Below the pieces are notes generated by a model. The model was not told the DNA's origin. It was given only the letters and a program-made list of their open reading frames with translations, and did no database searches. The position numbers were made by a program, and so were the translations under genes. A stretch of 64,000 nt of DNA from Candidatus Hermodarchaeota archaeon (lineage in GTDB: Archaea > Asgardarchaeota > Lokiarchaeia > Sigyniarchaeales > SOKP01): assembly GCA_048885925.1 (NCBI GenBank), contig JBHLLG010000004.1:1-64000 (forward strand), written 5' to 3'. Below, in pieces: positions 29,502 through 39,085 of this stretch. The number at the start of each line of letters is the position of its first letter. Position 1 is the stretch's first letter.

Positions 29502-30857
29502 ATGTCCTTACCTTTACAAATTTTTGTCATTCTTTGTTTTGCTGTCATTATAATTGCTCTTTTCCGCGAAAAAACTGATTTTTTAGCATATAGTATAGTG
29601 TCTATGTTAGCTGCAGGTACAGCTACATATCTTTTTTCACCAACTAAAATACAAATTGAGGACTTTTTTCAGGCAATAGACTGGACTGTAATTTTTTTTT
29701 TAATTTCAATGTTTACTATTGTAGCAATATTAGAGGATAAACATATTTTTAATGAAATTGCATTACGAATAACTAAAAAATTCCATACTAACACCCGAAG
29801 GTTTTTTTGGGTAATTTGTTTAATTTCAACATTATCCGCTGCCTTTATTGAAGATATTTCAGTTGCAGTAATTTTTATTCCCATGATAATAAATACTAGC
29901 CAAAAAATGCGAATTAATCCTACTCCTATATTAATGGGAATGACAATTTGCATCAATCTTGCTGCTACATTGACTCCTTTTGGATCTGCTCAAAATATTT
30001 TAATTGCCGATAAATTTGGTTTAACTTCAATCTGGTTTTTTGTTAACTTAGGATTATATTTTATTTTTACAGTTTTTATAACACTATTTCTACTAGATAA
30101 ATTTTTTCTTAAAAAGCATTTAAAAGAAATTTGGGATCCATATTGCGATGAATTTGGAGTACCAATACCTCAAAAATATATAAAAGAGCACGAATTAATA
30201 ATCATGGAGAATTCCATTAACTCCAAAGCGTTTTATAAAAATTTATTTGCTTTGTTAATATTATTTGCCTTATTAATTCTTATACCAAATATTTTATTTG
30301 TAGGTCTTTTTGGAATGTTGCTTTTTGTTTTTATTAACCCCCGATTAAAAGAATCGGGGAGAAAGCAACCAGATATATCTCATTACCTCAAAAAAGTAGA
30401 CTTTAAGCTAATCTTTTTCTTTATATGTTTATTTGTTTTAGTCTATTGTTTTGAGGTTACTGGAATTATTGGTATTATTGAAGAATTTATAAATTTCATT
30501 GCTCCAGAACATATTTTTTTATTATCTATCTTCGTTTTAGTCTTTACATCTATTCTTTCTGGATTTCTTGACAATGTCCCTGTGACAGTAATTTTTATCC
30601 CAGTTATACATCTATTAGTTTCTTCTGGATTTTCCGCTGCACCTCTCTTAATTGCATTTATATTAGGTATTAATTTAGGAGGTAATTTCTTACCTCAAGG
30701 ATCCGCAGCAGACATGATGACTTTAGAACTTTCTACTAAATATTGTGTTGATGGTATGAATTATAAGAGACTATTGAAAATAGGAGGTTTATTTGCGTTA
30801 TTTCACATTATATTAGGAATTGTTTATCTTGCTGTAATCACTTTCTTATTTTACTAA
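29502..30857 (+). CDS. ArsB/NhaD (P-protein/SLC13-like) ion transporter
   Basis: IDWTVIFF, LSAAFIED, TPFGSAQN, SGFLDNVP, NLGGN; about 12 TM segments. Confidence 0.8.
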   Translation: MSLPLQIFVILCFAVIIIALFREKTDFLAYSIVSMLAAGTATYLFSPTKIQIEDFFQAIDWTVIFFLISMFTIVAILEDKHIFNEIALRITKKFHTNTRRFFWVICLISTLSAAFIEDISVAVIFIPMIINTSQKMRINPTPILMGMTICINLAATLTPFGSAQNILIADKFGLTSIWFFVNLGLYFIFTVFITLFLLDKFFLKKHLKEIWDPYCDEFGVPIPQKYIKEHELIIMENSINSKAFYKNLFALLILFALLILIPNILFVGLFGMLLFVFINPRLKESGRKQPDISHYLKKVDFKLIFFFICLFVLVYCFEVTGIIGIIEEFINFIAPEHIFLLSIFVLVFTSILSGFLDNVPVTVIFIPVIHLLVSSGFSAAPLLIAFILGINLGGNFLPQGSAADMMTLELSTKYCVDGMNYKRLLKIGGLFALFHIILGIVYLAVITFLFY

Positions 30858-30891
30858 ATTTGCTTTAATTTTGAAATAGAGGTATTAAAAG

Positions 30892-31440
30892 TTGGCAAAA
30901 AACAAAGCAATAATTTTGGATAGAGATGGAACATTAATTGAAGATAAGGATTATGCTTATAAAGTCGAAGATTTTGAATTATTACCCGGAGTTATTGAAG
31001 GGTTAAGATTACTTAGCAATCTATTTCTCCTTTTTATAGTAACCAATCAATCAGGTATAGGAAGAGGTTATTATACTATTCAAGATTTTCATAATTTTAA
31101 TAATCATTTATTAAAGACTTTAAAAAGTGAAAAAATTAACATTCTAAAAACTTATTTTTGTCCTCATATAAGAAAAGATAATTGTGAATGTCGAAAACCT
31201 AAAACTAAATTTATTGATGATATAATTAATGAATTTGATATTGATACTAAAAGATCATGGATGATTGGTGATCATCCATCAGATATAGAATTTGGTATAA
31301 ATGCTGGTTGTAAAACGATTTTCCTTACTACCGGACATGGCGATAAACACATAGATGAATTAGAAACTCTTGGAATAAAGCCAACTATGATATGTAATAA
31401 TTTTTTAGAAGCCGCAAAACAAATTCTAAAGAATTCTTAA
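30892..31440 (+). CDS. gmhB: GmhB/HisB-type HAD IIIA phosphatase
   Basis: LDRDGTL, VTNQSGIGRG, CPH...CECRKP, MIGD. Confidence 0.8.
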   Translation: MAKNKAIILDRDGTLIEDKDYAYKVEDFELLPGVIEGLRLLSNLFLLFIVTNQSGIGRGYYTIQDFHNFNNHLLKTLKSEKINILKTYFCPHIRKDNCECRKPKTKFIDDIINEFDIDTKRSWMIGDHPSDIEFGINAGCKTIFLTTGHGDKHIDELETLGIKPTMICNNFLEAAKQILKNS

Positions 31441-31529
31441 GTCTTAACTCTTATAAGAGATTATTATAAAAGTACAGGATGATACTATTATATCATAATT
31501 AGATGTAAGAATATAATGTCATTCTAGTA

Positions 31530-32018
31530 ATGTTCTTTAAGAAATTAAATAATGCTGGTTTATGGGATAAAATTCAAAAGTTACGGGAATTAATTAAGGT
31601 CGAACAGCATTTTAAGAAAAGAATATGCTGGAATTGTAAGAAAGATTTGAATATTTATGATTTTCTTAGTGATAATGTTAATTTAACTCCCGAATATATT
31701 CTAAGATTATGGCAAACACACATTTTAGAGTTTCATTGTTGTGAATGTTTTAGATATCTTAAAATCCATGAATTAAAGAACATTGAAAAAGAGTTGAGTG
31801 AAAGAAATTGTTTATTTTGTGAAACTCCAATGGATATATATAAGTTTAGTAAATTCCATAGTTATTTGAAAATTCATGAGATCAAAGCTCTATGGTTAGA
31901 TACAAATTTTCAAGTTTTTTGCGATAACTTATGCCAACGCAAATATTATAAAACTTATTACGATTTTCTTAACAAAAGGAAATTAGAAAAACAGAACCAA
32001 TTAAAAAATAAAAATTAG
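31530..32018 (+). CDS. hypothetical protein with two tandem Cys-rich (zinc-binding) repeats
   Basis: CWNC...IY.F...LW...CCEC and CLFC...IY.F...LW...CDNLC. Confidence 0.6.
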   Translation: MFFKKLNNAGLWDKIQKLRELIKVEQHFKKRICWNCKKDLNIYDFLSDNVNLTPEYILRLWQTHILEFHCCECFRYLKIHELKNIEKELSERNCLFCETPMDIYKFSKFHSYLKIHEIKALWLDTNFQVFCDNLCQRKYYKTYYDFLNKRKLEKQNQLKNKN

Positions 32019-32050
32019 AAATAAAAAATTAATATTTTTAAGATTTTCTT

Positions 32051-33229
32051 TTAATTTCTCTTTTTCCCAAGAAAAGGCATAGCATGCTCATACTGTTTCA
32101 TAACAAATCGTGAGATAACAATTCTTTGAATCTCACTTGTTCCTTCATAAATTTGATAGAGTTTTGCATCTCTAAATAATTTCTCGACAGGATATGTCCT
32201 TAAGTAACCATAACCCCCAAATATTTGAACTGCTTCCGTTGTTACGTTCATAGCGACATCCGAAGCGAAAGCTTTAGCTATTGAGGAACTCAAATTATTA
32301 TCCATACCTTGATCAGCTTCCCATGCTGCTTTATAAGTCAATAACCGAGCAGCTTCAATATCTTTATACATGTTAGCTATTTTTTCTTGAATAACTTGAT
32401 AATTTCCAATTGGTCTTCCAAAAGCTTCTCTCTTTTGAGCATAATCGAGAGAATATTCCATCGCGGAACGAGCACAACCACATGCAAACGCACCTATTGC
32501 AGGGCGAGTATGAGCAAATGTTTGCATAGCCAAAACAAATCCTCTTCCTGGTTTAGCTAGAATATTTTCTTTTGGGATCCTTACATCTTTTAAACCAACT
32601 GATACCGTGTTTGACGATCTTTGACCTAATTTAGGGATATGTTTACCTAATCTTACTCCTTCGCTTTTCGTATCTACAATAAAAGCTGCGATCCCTTTAT
32701 GTTTTTTTTCAGGATCTACAGTCGCAAACACGGTAATATAATCAGCAAATCCTCCGTTAGTAATCCAAAACTTATTTCCATTTAATATAAATTCATCTCC
32801 ATCTTTTTCTGCTAGACATTTCATTCCAGCAACATCAGAACCCATCGTTGGTTCAGATGTAGCAAAAGCAATCAATTTAAACTCATTAACTAATTCACTT
32901 AAAATCCTTTTTTTTTGCTCTTCATTCCCTCCTATAACAATAGGTTCAGCACCTAGGTTATTATCAAAGATTGAAGTTGCAATTCCAGGACATGCCGAAG
33001 ATATTTCCTCAACAACAAGACAGGAGCTTAATAAACCAAGGCCAGGACCACCATACTCTTTGGGTATTCCTAAATTTAATAATTTTTCCTCCCAAGCTTT
33101 TTTAATAACTGGTAATGGAAATTCTTCAGATTCATCATATTTTTGCGCTACTGGTAAAACTTCGCGAATTGCAAACTCTCTTGCTTTTTTTTGTAATGCT
33201 TTTTGCTCCTCATTTAGCATGAAATCCAT
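32051..33229 (-). CDS. acyl-CoA dehydrogenase
   Basis: IPKEYGG, SEPTMGSD, LNGNKFWITNG, R.AFGRPI, QIFGGYGY, IYEGTSEIQ. Confidence 0.95.
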   Translation of the reverse strand: MDFMLNEEQKALQKKAREFAIREVLPVAQKYDESEEFPLPVIKKAWEEKLLNLGIPKEYGGPGLGLLSSCLVVEEISSACPGIATSIFDNNLGAEPIVIGGNEEQKKRILSELVNEFKLIAFATSEPTMGSDVAGMKCLAEKDGDEFILNGNKFWITNGGFADYITVFATVDPEKKHKGIAAFIVDTKSEGVRLGKHIPKLGQRSSNTVSVGLKDVRIPKENILAKPGRGFVLAMQTFAHTRPAIGAFACGCARSAMEYSLDYAQKREAFGRPIGNYQVIQEKIANMYKDIEAARLLTYKAAWEADQGMDNNLSSSIAKAFASDVAMNVTTEAVQIFGGYGYLRTYPVEKLFRDAKLYQIYEGTSEIQRIVISRFVMKQYEHAMPFLGKKRN

Positions 33230-33245
33230 TATTATTTCTCTCCTT

Positions 33246-34451
33246 TTACCCCATTTTCTTTATTAATTTATCCACAATATTCTTAAAGTCCAAATCTTCT
33301 GGTCTTGGAACAAATTTTATTTCGATTATTTCTTCCATCACATCAATTTTAGCAGCTTTCATTAATTCAACAATTTCTTTTACTGCTCCTCCACCCCAAC
33401 CATATGAACCAAAAGCCAACCCAACTTTATTCATTGGCTTTAAACCTTTTTGATAAGATAAGTATTCTGCAACAGTTGGATATAATCCGTTATTTAGGGT
33501 AGGACTTCCAACTAAGATAGCTTTAGCTTTCATAGCCTCCGTAATTACATCTGAATAGTCAGCATTAGTTAATCTATACCTTTTTACTGGAATTCCTCGA
33601 AGTTTAATTTCATTTGTTAATGCTTTAGCTATTTTTGCAGTACTTTCCCACATTGAATCGTATACAATGAGGACGCTTTTTACATCAATTTCTCCCTTAC
33701 TCCATTTTGTATATCTCTCCAATATCTCTGGAATATGACTTCTCCAACAAATCCCGTGAGATGTACAAATAACTTCAATTGGTAAGGATCCAACTTTAGG
33801 TAAAGCTTTTGCTATTAACCCAGAAAGATGTTGTAATATATTGGCATAATATTTCTCTGCTTCTTGAAACACTTCACTAAGATCATTTTCATCATCCCAA
33901 CGTTTTGATGTTGCATAATGTTGTCCAAATGCATCATTTGAAAACAATACATTTTTACCATGCTCATCACTCATAAAAGAGACCATAGAGTCAGGCCAGT
34001 GTATCATAGGAATAGGTACAAATGTAAATTTCTTACCATTTCCAATGTCTAAAGTATCTCCTTCCTCAACAGCTCTAATTCTTTTAAATAATTCATCATC
34101 TACTTCGTCATGATAATGAGCTTTTAATATATCAACCCCTCGCTTCGAAGCAATTAGCTCGGCATTAGGAAGATACTTAATAATTAATGGAAATGACCCA
34201 GAATGATCCATCTCAACGTGATTTGTTATAAAATAATCAATCTCAGAAGGATCACATATTTCTTTAATATTATGTAAAAAATATTCAAAGTAAGGACGCT
34301 TAATAGTATCAATCAATACTGTTTTTTTTCCTTTTACAATATATGCATTATAAGAACTAGCTCGATGTGTAGAATATCCATGGAAATTTCTCACTTCCCA
34401 ATCTACATAACCAACATAATAGATATCTTTCATCATTTCTAAATGTTCCAT
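33246..34451 (-). CDS. fprA: flavodiiron protein (FprA, O2/NO reductase)
   Basis: HVEMDHSG, HWPDS, SNDAFGQH, SHG; flavodoxin domain YDSMWESTA, FGSYGWGG. Confidence 0.95.
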   Translation of the reverse strand: MEHLEMMKDIYYVGYVDWEVRNFHGYSTHRASSYNAYIVKGKKTVLIDTIKRPYFEYFLHNIKEICDPSEIDYFITNHVEMDHSGSFPLIIKYLPNAELIASKRGVDILKAHYHDEVDDELFKRIRAVEEGDTLDIGNGKKFTFVPIPMIHWPDSMVSFMSDEHGKNVLFSNDAFGQHYATSKRWDDENDLSEVFQEAEKYYANILQHLSGLIAKALPKVGSLPIEVICTSHGICWRSHIPEILERYTKWSKGEIDVKSVLIVYDSMWESTAKIAKALTNEIKLRGIPVKRYRLTNADYSDVITEAMKAKAILVGSPTLNNGLYPTVAEYLSYQKGLKPMNKVGLAFGSYGWGGGAVKEIVELMKAAKIDVMEEIIEIKFVPRPEDLDFKNIVDKLIKKMG

Positions 34452-34599
34452 TTCAATTTCACCTTTTTATAATAGGATTTGATAATTATTTCGTAATAGT
34501 AATTCAAATCAAATTAAAAACTTATATTCTATTTATTATAAAATTTTTTTAGAAATTTTGCAATGAAAAAAAAATTAAAAAGAAGTAAGATTTTATAGA

Positions 34600-34737
34600 T
34601 TATTCGATTTTCTCAAACAGATCCTTTCCCACACCACAAACAGGACAAGTCCAGTCATCTGGTAAATCTTCAAACTTGGTTCCCTCAGCTTCTTCATCAT
34701 ACACATATCCGCAAGCTTGACATTCCCATTTTCCCAT
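34600..34737 (-). CDS. rubredoxin (45 aa; below the ORF-track cutoff)
   Basis: Manual translation: [45 protein letters not shown]. Confidence 0.95.
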   Translation of the reverse strand: MGKWECQACGYVYDEEAEGTKFEDLPDDWTCPVCGVGKDLFEKIE

Positions 34738-34996
34738 CAATATCACTTTCACTTAATTTTAAGTTGTACTATATAATTTTATGGATTGTAATTGAATGTA
34801 TATAAAAAATATTAATTTAATATTTTATAAATATAAAACTATTCTTTTAGTGTTTCTAATTTAGGTTTTTTATTGATATTCGGGGTATAATCTATTGTTC
34901 TTCCTTAGAAAATCACAAAATTTTATGATTAAATTAATTAAATTAGATAAGAATTAGATTTATCTATTTTTATAAATAATGTTTTTTTTCATTTTA

Positions 34997-35146
34997 CTAT
35001 TTTGGTAATTCTTTTTTAAGGAAGAAATTTTTTGATGATCTGCATTTTGGGCAACTATAATCATCGCTTACCTGTTCAAATGGAACTTCCCTTTCTTCAT
35101 CAATATAAAGGTAATTACATCTTCTACAACGGTATATAGGAATCAA
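34997..35146 (-). CDS. divergent rubredoxin-like protein (49 aa, TTG start)
   Basis: Manual translation: MIPIYRCRRCNYLYIDEEREVPFEQVSDDYSCPKCRSSKNFFLKKELPK. Confidence 0.8.
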   Translation of the reverse strand: MIPIYRCRRCNYLYIDEEREVPFEQVSDDYSCPKCRSSKNFFLKKELPK

Positions 35147-35157
35147 TAATCATCTCT

Positions 35158-36501
35158 TTATTCTTTTCTTTTATACCTACTTTTAGAAGCACCACATTCA
35201 CATTTAAAATCGTCTGGGAGATCCTTAAAAAGAACGTCCATTTTAATTTCATCGTATTCTTTGCCACAATTTTCACATTTATAAACATATAATTCTAATA
35301 ATTTTCTCAATTCATCTCTATCTACATCTTGTTCCATCTTTTTATTAACATATGAATTAGCTTTAGTTTCTCCAAATAAAATTGCTCCTTTAAGTTTATT
35401 ATCTTTTAAAATTATTTTTTGGTAGCAACAGTCTTTTTTATCTGCTTTTTTTAATATTTCCCATCCTCCACCATGTTCTTTTGAAGGATCGATTACCCCA
35501 ATTGAAGTTAAATCAAGACCTACAATTTTCAAAGTGTTCTTAGGAGTGGTTCCTTCATACTTTACTTTTTTTGCTCCAAGTACAGATGCTGCTACTATTT
35601 TTGATTGCTCCATACATGCTGGAATAATACCCCATATCTGATTTTTATATTCTATGCAATCTCCAACAGCGAATATATCTTTTATATTAGTCTCTAAGAA
35701 TTCATTTACAATAATACCTCTGTTTGTTTCAATATTTGCATCTTTAGCGATATCTATTGTTGGGGTAATTCCGGCTTGTATTAAAACAAGATCTGCTTCT
35801 AATTTCTTTCCACCTTTTAACTTTATTCCAGAAACTTTCCCATCTCCGAGGATTTCCTCTGTTACCGCATCTAAAACCACCATTATTCCTCTATTTTCAA
35901 TTTCTTCTTTTAACATAGTACCACATTCAGCATCTAATTGCCTGGGAAGCAATTGAGGAAAAAATTCAACTACAGTTGTATCTAACTTACAAAATTTTAT
36001 TTGGTTTGCCAATTCTAAACCAAGTAATCCGCCTCCAATTATAATAGCCTTCTTAACTTCATTTTTTTTAATATGATTTTTTATTTCAAGCGCATCATCA
36101 ATATTTCGTAGTGTAAATACTCCTTTTTTGTTAATATTCATTTCAATTGCATTTTTAATTGGAGGTATATTTGGAGTACTACCTAAAGCTAAAATTAACT
36201 TATCATATCCAATAGAATTATTTTCTCCATTGAGATATATTTCTTTAACCTTAGGATCAATGCTATTAACTTTTTTATTTAAATATAAATTCAATTCTTT
36301 ATTTTTATACCAATCTTCTTTGAAAACAATTAAATCTTCAATCTTTACATTATCGGAGATTAATTCGGGTAATTTAACTCGAGTATAATATGGATAGCTC
36401 TCTTGAGTATAAATTTCAATTTCAACATGATTATTAAGATAACGGATATTTTGAGCGGTAAAGGTACCCGCTACATTATTCCCTATTATAATAACTTTCA
36501 T
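35158..36501 (-). CDS. NAD(P)H:rubredoxin oxidoreductase-like flavoprotein with a C-terminal rubredoxin-like domain
   Basis: FAD and NAD motifs (GNNVAG, GGGLLGLE, FAVGDC); tail YKCENCG...FKDLPDDFKCECG. Confidence 0.85.
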   Translation of the reverse strand: MKVIIIGNNVAGTFTAQNIRYLNNHVEIEIYTQESYPYYTRVKLPELISDNVKIEDLIVFKEDWYKNKELNLYLNKKVNSIDPKVKEIYLNGENNSIGYDKLILALGSTPNIPPIKNAIEMNINKKGVFTLRNIDDALEIKNHIKKNEVKKAIIIGGGLLGLELANQIKFCKLDTTVVEFFPQLLPRQLDAECGTMLKEEIENRGIMVVLDAVTEEILGDGKVSGIKLKGGKKLEADLVLIQAGITPTIDIAKDANIETNRGIIVNEFLETNIKDIFAVGDCIEYKNQIWGIIPACMEQSKIVAASVLGAKKVKYEGTTPKNTLKIVGLDLTSIGVIDPSKEHGGGWEILKKADKKDCCYQKIILKDNKLKGAILFGETKANSYVNKKMEQDVDRDELRKLLELYVYKCENCGKEYDEIKMDVLFKDLPDDFKCECGASKSRYKRKE

Positions 36502-36658
36502 AGAATAATTAGTTTATACATCTTATTTTAAAGTTTTCTTTATATATTGTAATCTCAAATTATATTCTTTATGAACAAGTTCTAAATCAAATTTAAATCA
36601 AAATGAATTATAATTTAAATTAATTAATTTTAAAAAAACTGTAAAAAAGTGGTAATTT

Positions 36659-38595
36659 ATGAAAAACGATAGAATTTCTTATCATAAGTCTGTTCAAAAA
36701 GCTTATGAAAGACTTAAAAAAGATGGCATGAATAACATTTGGGATCGCTTTGAAGCACAAGGATTTGGAGGTGTCCCTGATAAGCGATGTCCATTTTGCT
36801 TAAAAGGAGCTCGCTGTGATTTATGCTCTAATGGTCCATGTAGAGCAGATTCCTCAATTGATAAACATGGTGTATGTGGTATTACTGCAGATGGGATGGC
36901 TATGCGGATGATGCTCCTTAGAAATGTTATGGGTGCATCTACTTACCATTATCATACTGAAACGACTTTGAAGACCTTAAAGGCAACGGTAGAAGGTCAA
37001 ACTCCATTTAAAATTGCTGAACCTGATAAATTGAAAAGTTTTACCGAACGATTAGGGTTGGATACATCTGGTTCAGAGAAAGAAATTGCATTAAGCCTAT
37101 ATAACTTTGTAAAGGAAGATTTCAATAGATCCTATGATGAACCAAGTAAAATTGTAGAGAAATTAGCACCACTTGAAAGACAAGAAGTATGGAAAAAATT
37201 AGGAATTTTTCCAGGTGGACTATATGGCGAAATGATGTTCTCAACAAGCTCTTGCCTTACAAATGTAGATGGATATTATGCAAGTTTAGCTCTCAAAGCA
37301 ATGAGACTTGGGATTGCGATGGCTTACCAAAGCCAAATTGTCAATGAATTCACTCAGGATATTTTATTTAATATTCCCAGACCTCATATTATGAGAGTGA
37401 ATCTTGGGGTATTAGACCCAGATTATGTAAATGTACTCCCTAATGGCCATGAACCATTCTTAGGGTTTGCAATGGTTCAACTTGCACGTAAATCTGAATG
37501 GCAAGAAAAAGCAAAAGCCGTTGGTGCAAGAGGTCTAAGAATAATCGCAAATATTGAAACTGGGCAGGAAATGATACAAAGATGGGAAATGGATGATGTA
37601 TTTTATGGATTTACGGGAAATTGGATCATGCAAGAAGCAATTTTGGCAAGTGGTTGTATTGATGCTTTTGTTTGTGATATGAATTGCTGTATGCCAATTG
37701 ATCCTATATATGCAAAAAAATATAAATTCAAATTAGTCCCAGTCTCTGAAGTTGTAGCCTTTGAGGGCATAACTGAAAGAGTAGATTATAAACCCGATAA
37801 AGGTGAAGAACAAGCTGCAATGTTACTACAAATGGCAATAGATAATTTTAAGGAGCGCAGAGCAAACATAGAACCTATTACTGGTTTAGATATGAATGAA
37901 GCAGTAGTTGGTTTTTCAAGTGAAAGTATTGTTGCAGCTCTCGGAGGTACACTTGGACCATTACTCGATCTAATAAAGAATGGAACTATACGAGGAGTTG
38001 CTGGATTAATATCATGCACAACGCTTAGGGATTATGGACAAGATGTACATACAATTGACGTGGCTAAAGAATTAATTAAACGAGACATTTTGGTATTATC
38101 AATGGGGTGCGGTAATGGTGCATTACAAGTTGGAGGATTATGTTTACCAGAAGCTAAAGACTTGGCAGGTCCCGGTCTTAAAGCAGTTTGTGAAAAACTT
38201 GGAATTCCTCCAGTTCTTAGCTATGGAACATGTACAGATACAGGGAGAGTTGCTGATTTATTAGGCTCAATTTCCGCTGCACTTGGCGGAGTCCCAATTC
38301 CAGATTTACCCGTTGTAGCTGCAGCTCCAGAATATATTACTAATATTTTCTAGATTAGTAAGTTCCAATGGAGCAAAAAGCGTCGATAGATGCTCTCTTC
38401 GCACTGGCTTTCGGATTATATACCTACGTAAATCCTGTTCTCACAATCACGGGCGGTGCAGATTTAATGAAGTTATTAACTGAAGACTTGAAGCATCTCA
38501 CAGGTGGAGTATTACATATGGAACTTGACACAAAAGAAGCGATAGAGAATATGTTAAAGCATATTGAAGCAAATAGGAAGAAGTTAGGTATTTAA
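36659..38595 (+). CDS. cooS: Ni-containing carbon monoxide dehydrogenase CooS, join(36659..38335,38368..38595), 634 aa after removal of a 32-nt intron
   Basis: CPFC...CDLCSNGPC...C (D/B clusters); C-cluster ligand motifs NGHE, DMNC, SCT, GCG, GTCTD. The two track ORFs join as APEY|MEQKA, restoring the conserved EKA motif. Confidence 0.93.
38336..38367 (+). other. candidate archaeal bulge-helix-bulge (BHB) intron in cooS pre-mRNA, 32 nt
   Basis: GCTCCA(38324-29)/TGGAGC(38369-74) outer helix; GAAT(38330-33)/GTTC(38362-65) 4-bp central helix; 3-nt bulges ATA(38334-36) and CAA(38366-68); TTACTAAT/ATTAGTAA 8-bp intron helix. Confidence 0.9.
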
Positions 38596-38643
38596 AATCA
38601 AATTTCTAAATAATTAATTTTTTTTTTTCATTTTCTTTTTTCT

Positions 38644-38892
38644 TTAATTTTGGTTTTTGCGGTAATTATTTACAAAATCATCAACTTATTGCTGCGAATC
38701 ACCATAGAATTTATAGATGACTTTATCTTTAGAATATTCTTTTTCAACTCGAAGACTTAACTCTCTAGCTTCGAACTCAAGCATTTCTTTACTCTATTCG
38801 GTAATATAAGTGGAAAAATTCCTTCCTTTTGAAATAACACATAAATAGTGAGGGTGTATAAGAAGTTCATCTCCATCAATATTTCGATAGCG
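38644..38892 (-). pseudogene. possible decayed ORF with two internal stops
   Basis: Protein-like frame RYRNIDGDELLIHPHYLCVISKGRNFSTYITE*SKEMLEFEARELSLRVEKEYSKDKVIYKFYGDSQQ*VDDFVNNYRKNQN*; no family recognised. Confidence 0.35.
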
Positions 38893-39085
38893 GCATCACT
38901 ACCCTTCAGACGGTGATGGAGATGGAGAAGTTGCCATCAATGGATATAATGTAATGCTAATGTTCAGTATTATAACTGGGATTAGTTTCCTTTTAATTAA
39001 GAAATTAAAGCACAAATAAATTTCTAAAATTTTTTTTCCTATTTTCTTAAGAAGATGTTATTTATACTAAATTTTTAAACTTCCC

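Noticed and set aside
38351-38353. TAG as a pyrrolysine or readthrough codon
   Set aside because: Exon 2 is in a different frame (32-nt offset), so readthrough would not restore the protein.
38336-38367. cooS break read as a simple pseudogene, sequencing frameshift or programmed frameshift
   Set aside because: The insert is an exact 32-nt addition between two conserved codons, and its ends coincide with both canonical BHB cleavage sites. There is no homopolymer slip or target-site duplication, and both exons are otherwise intact.
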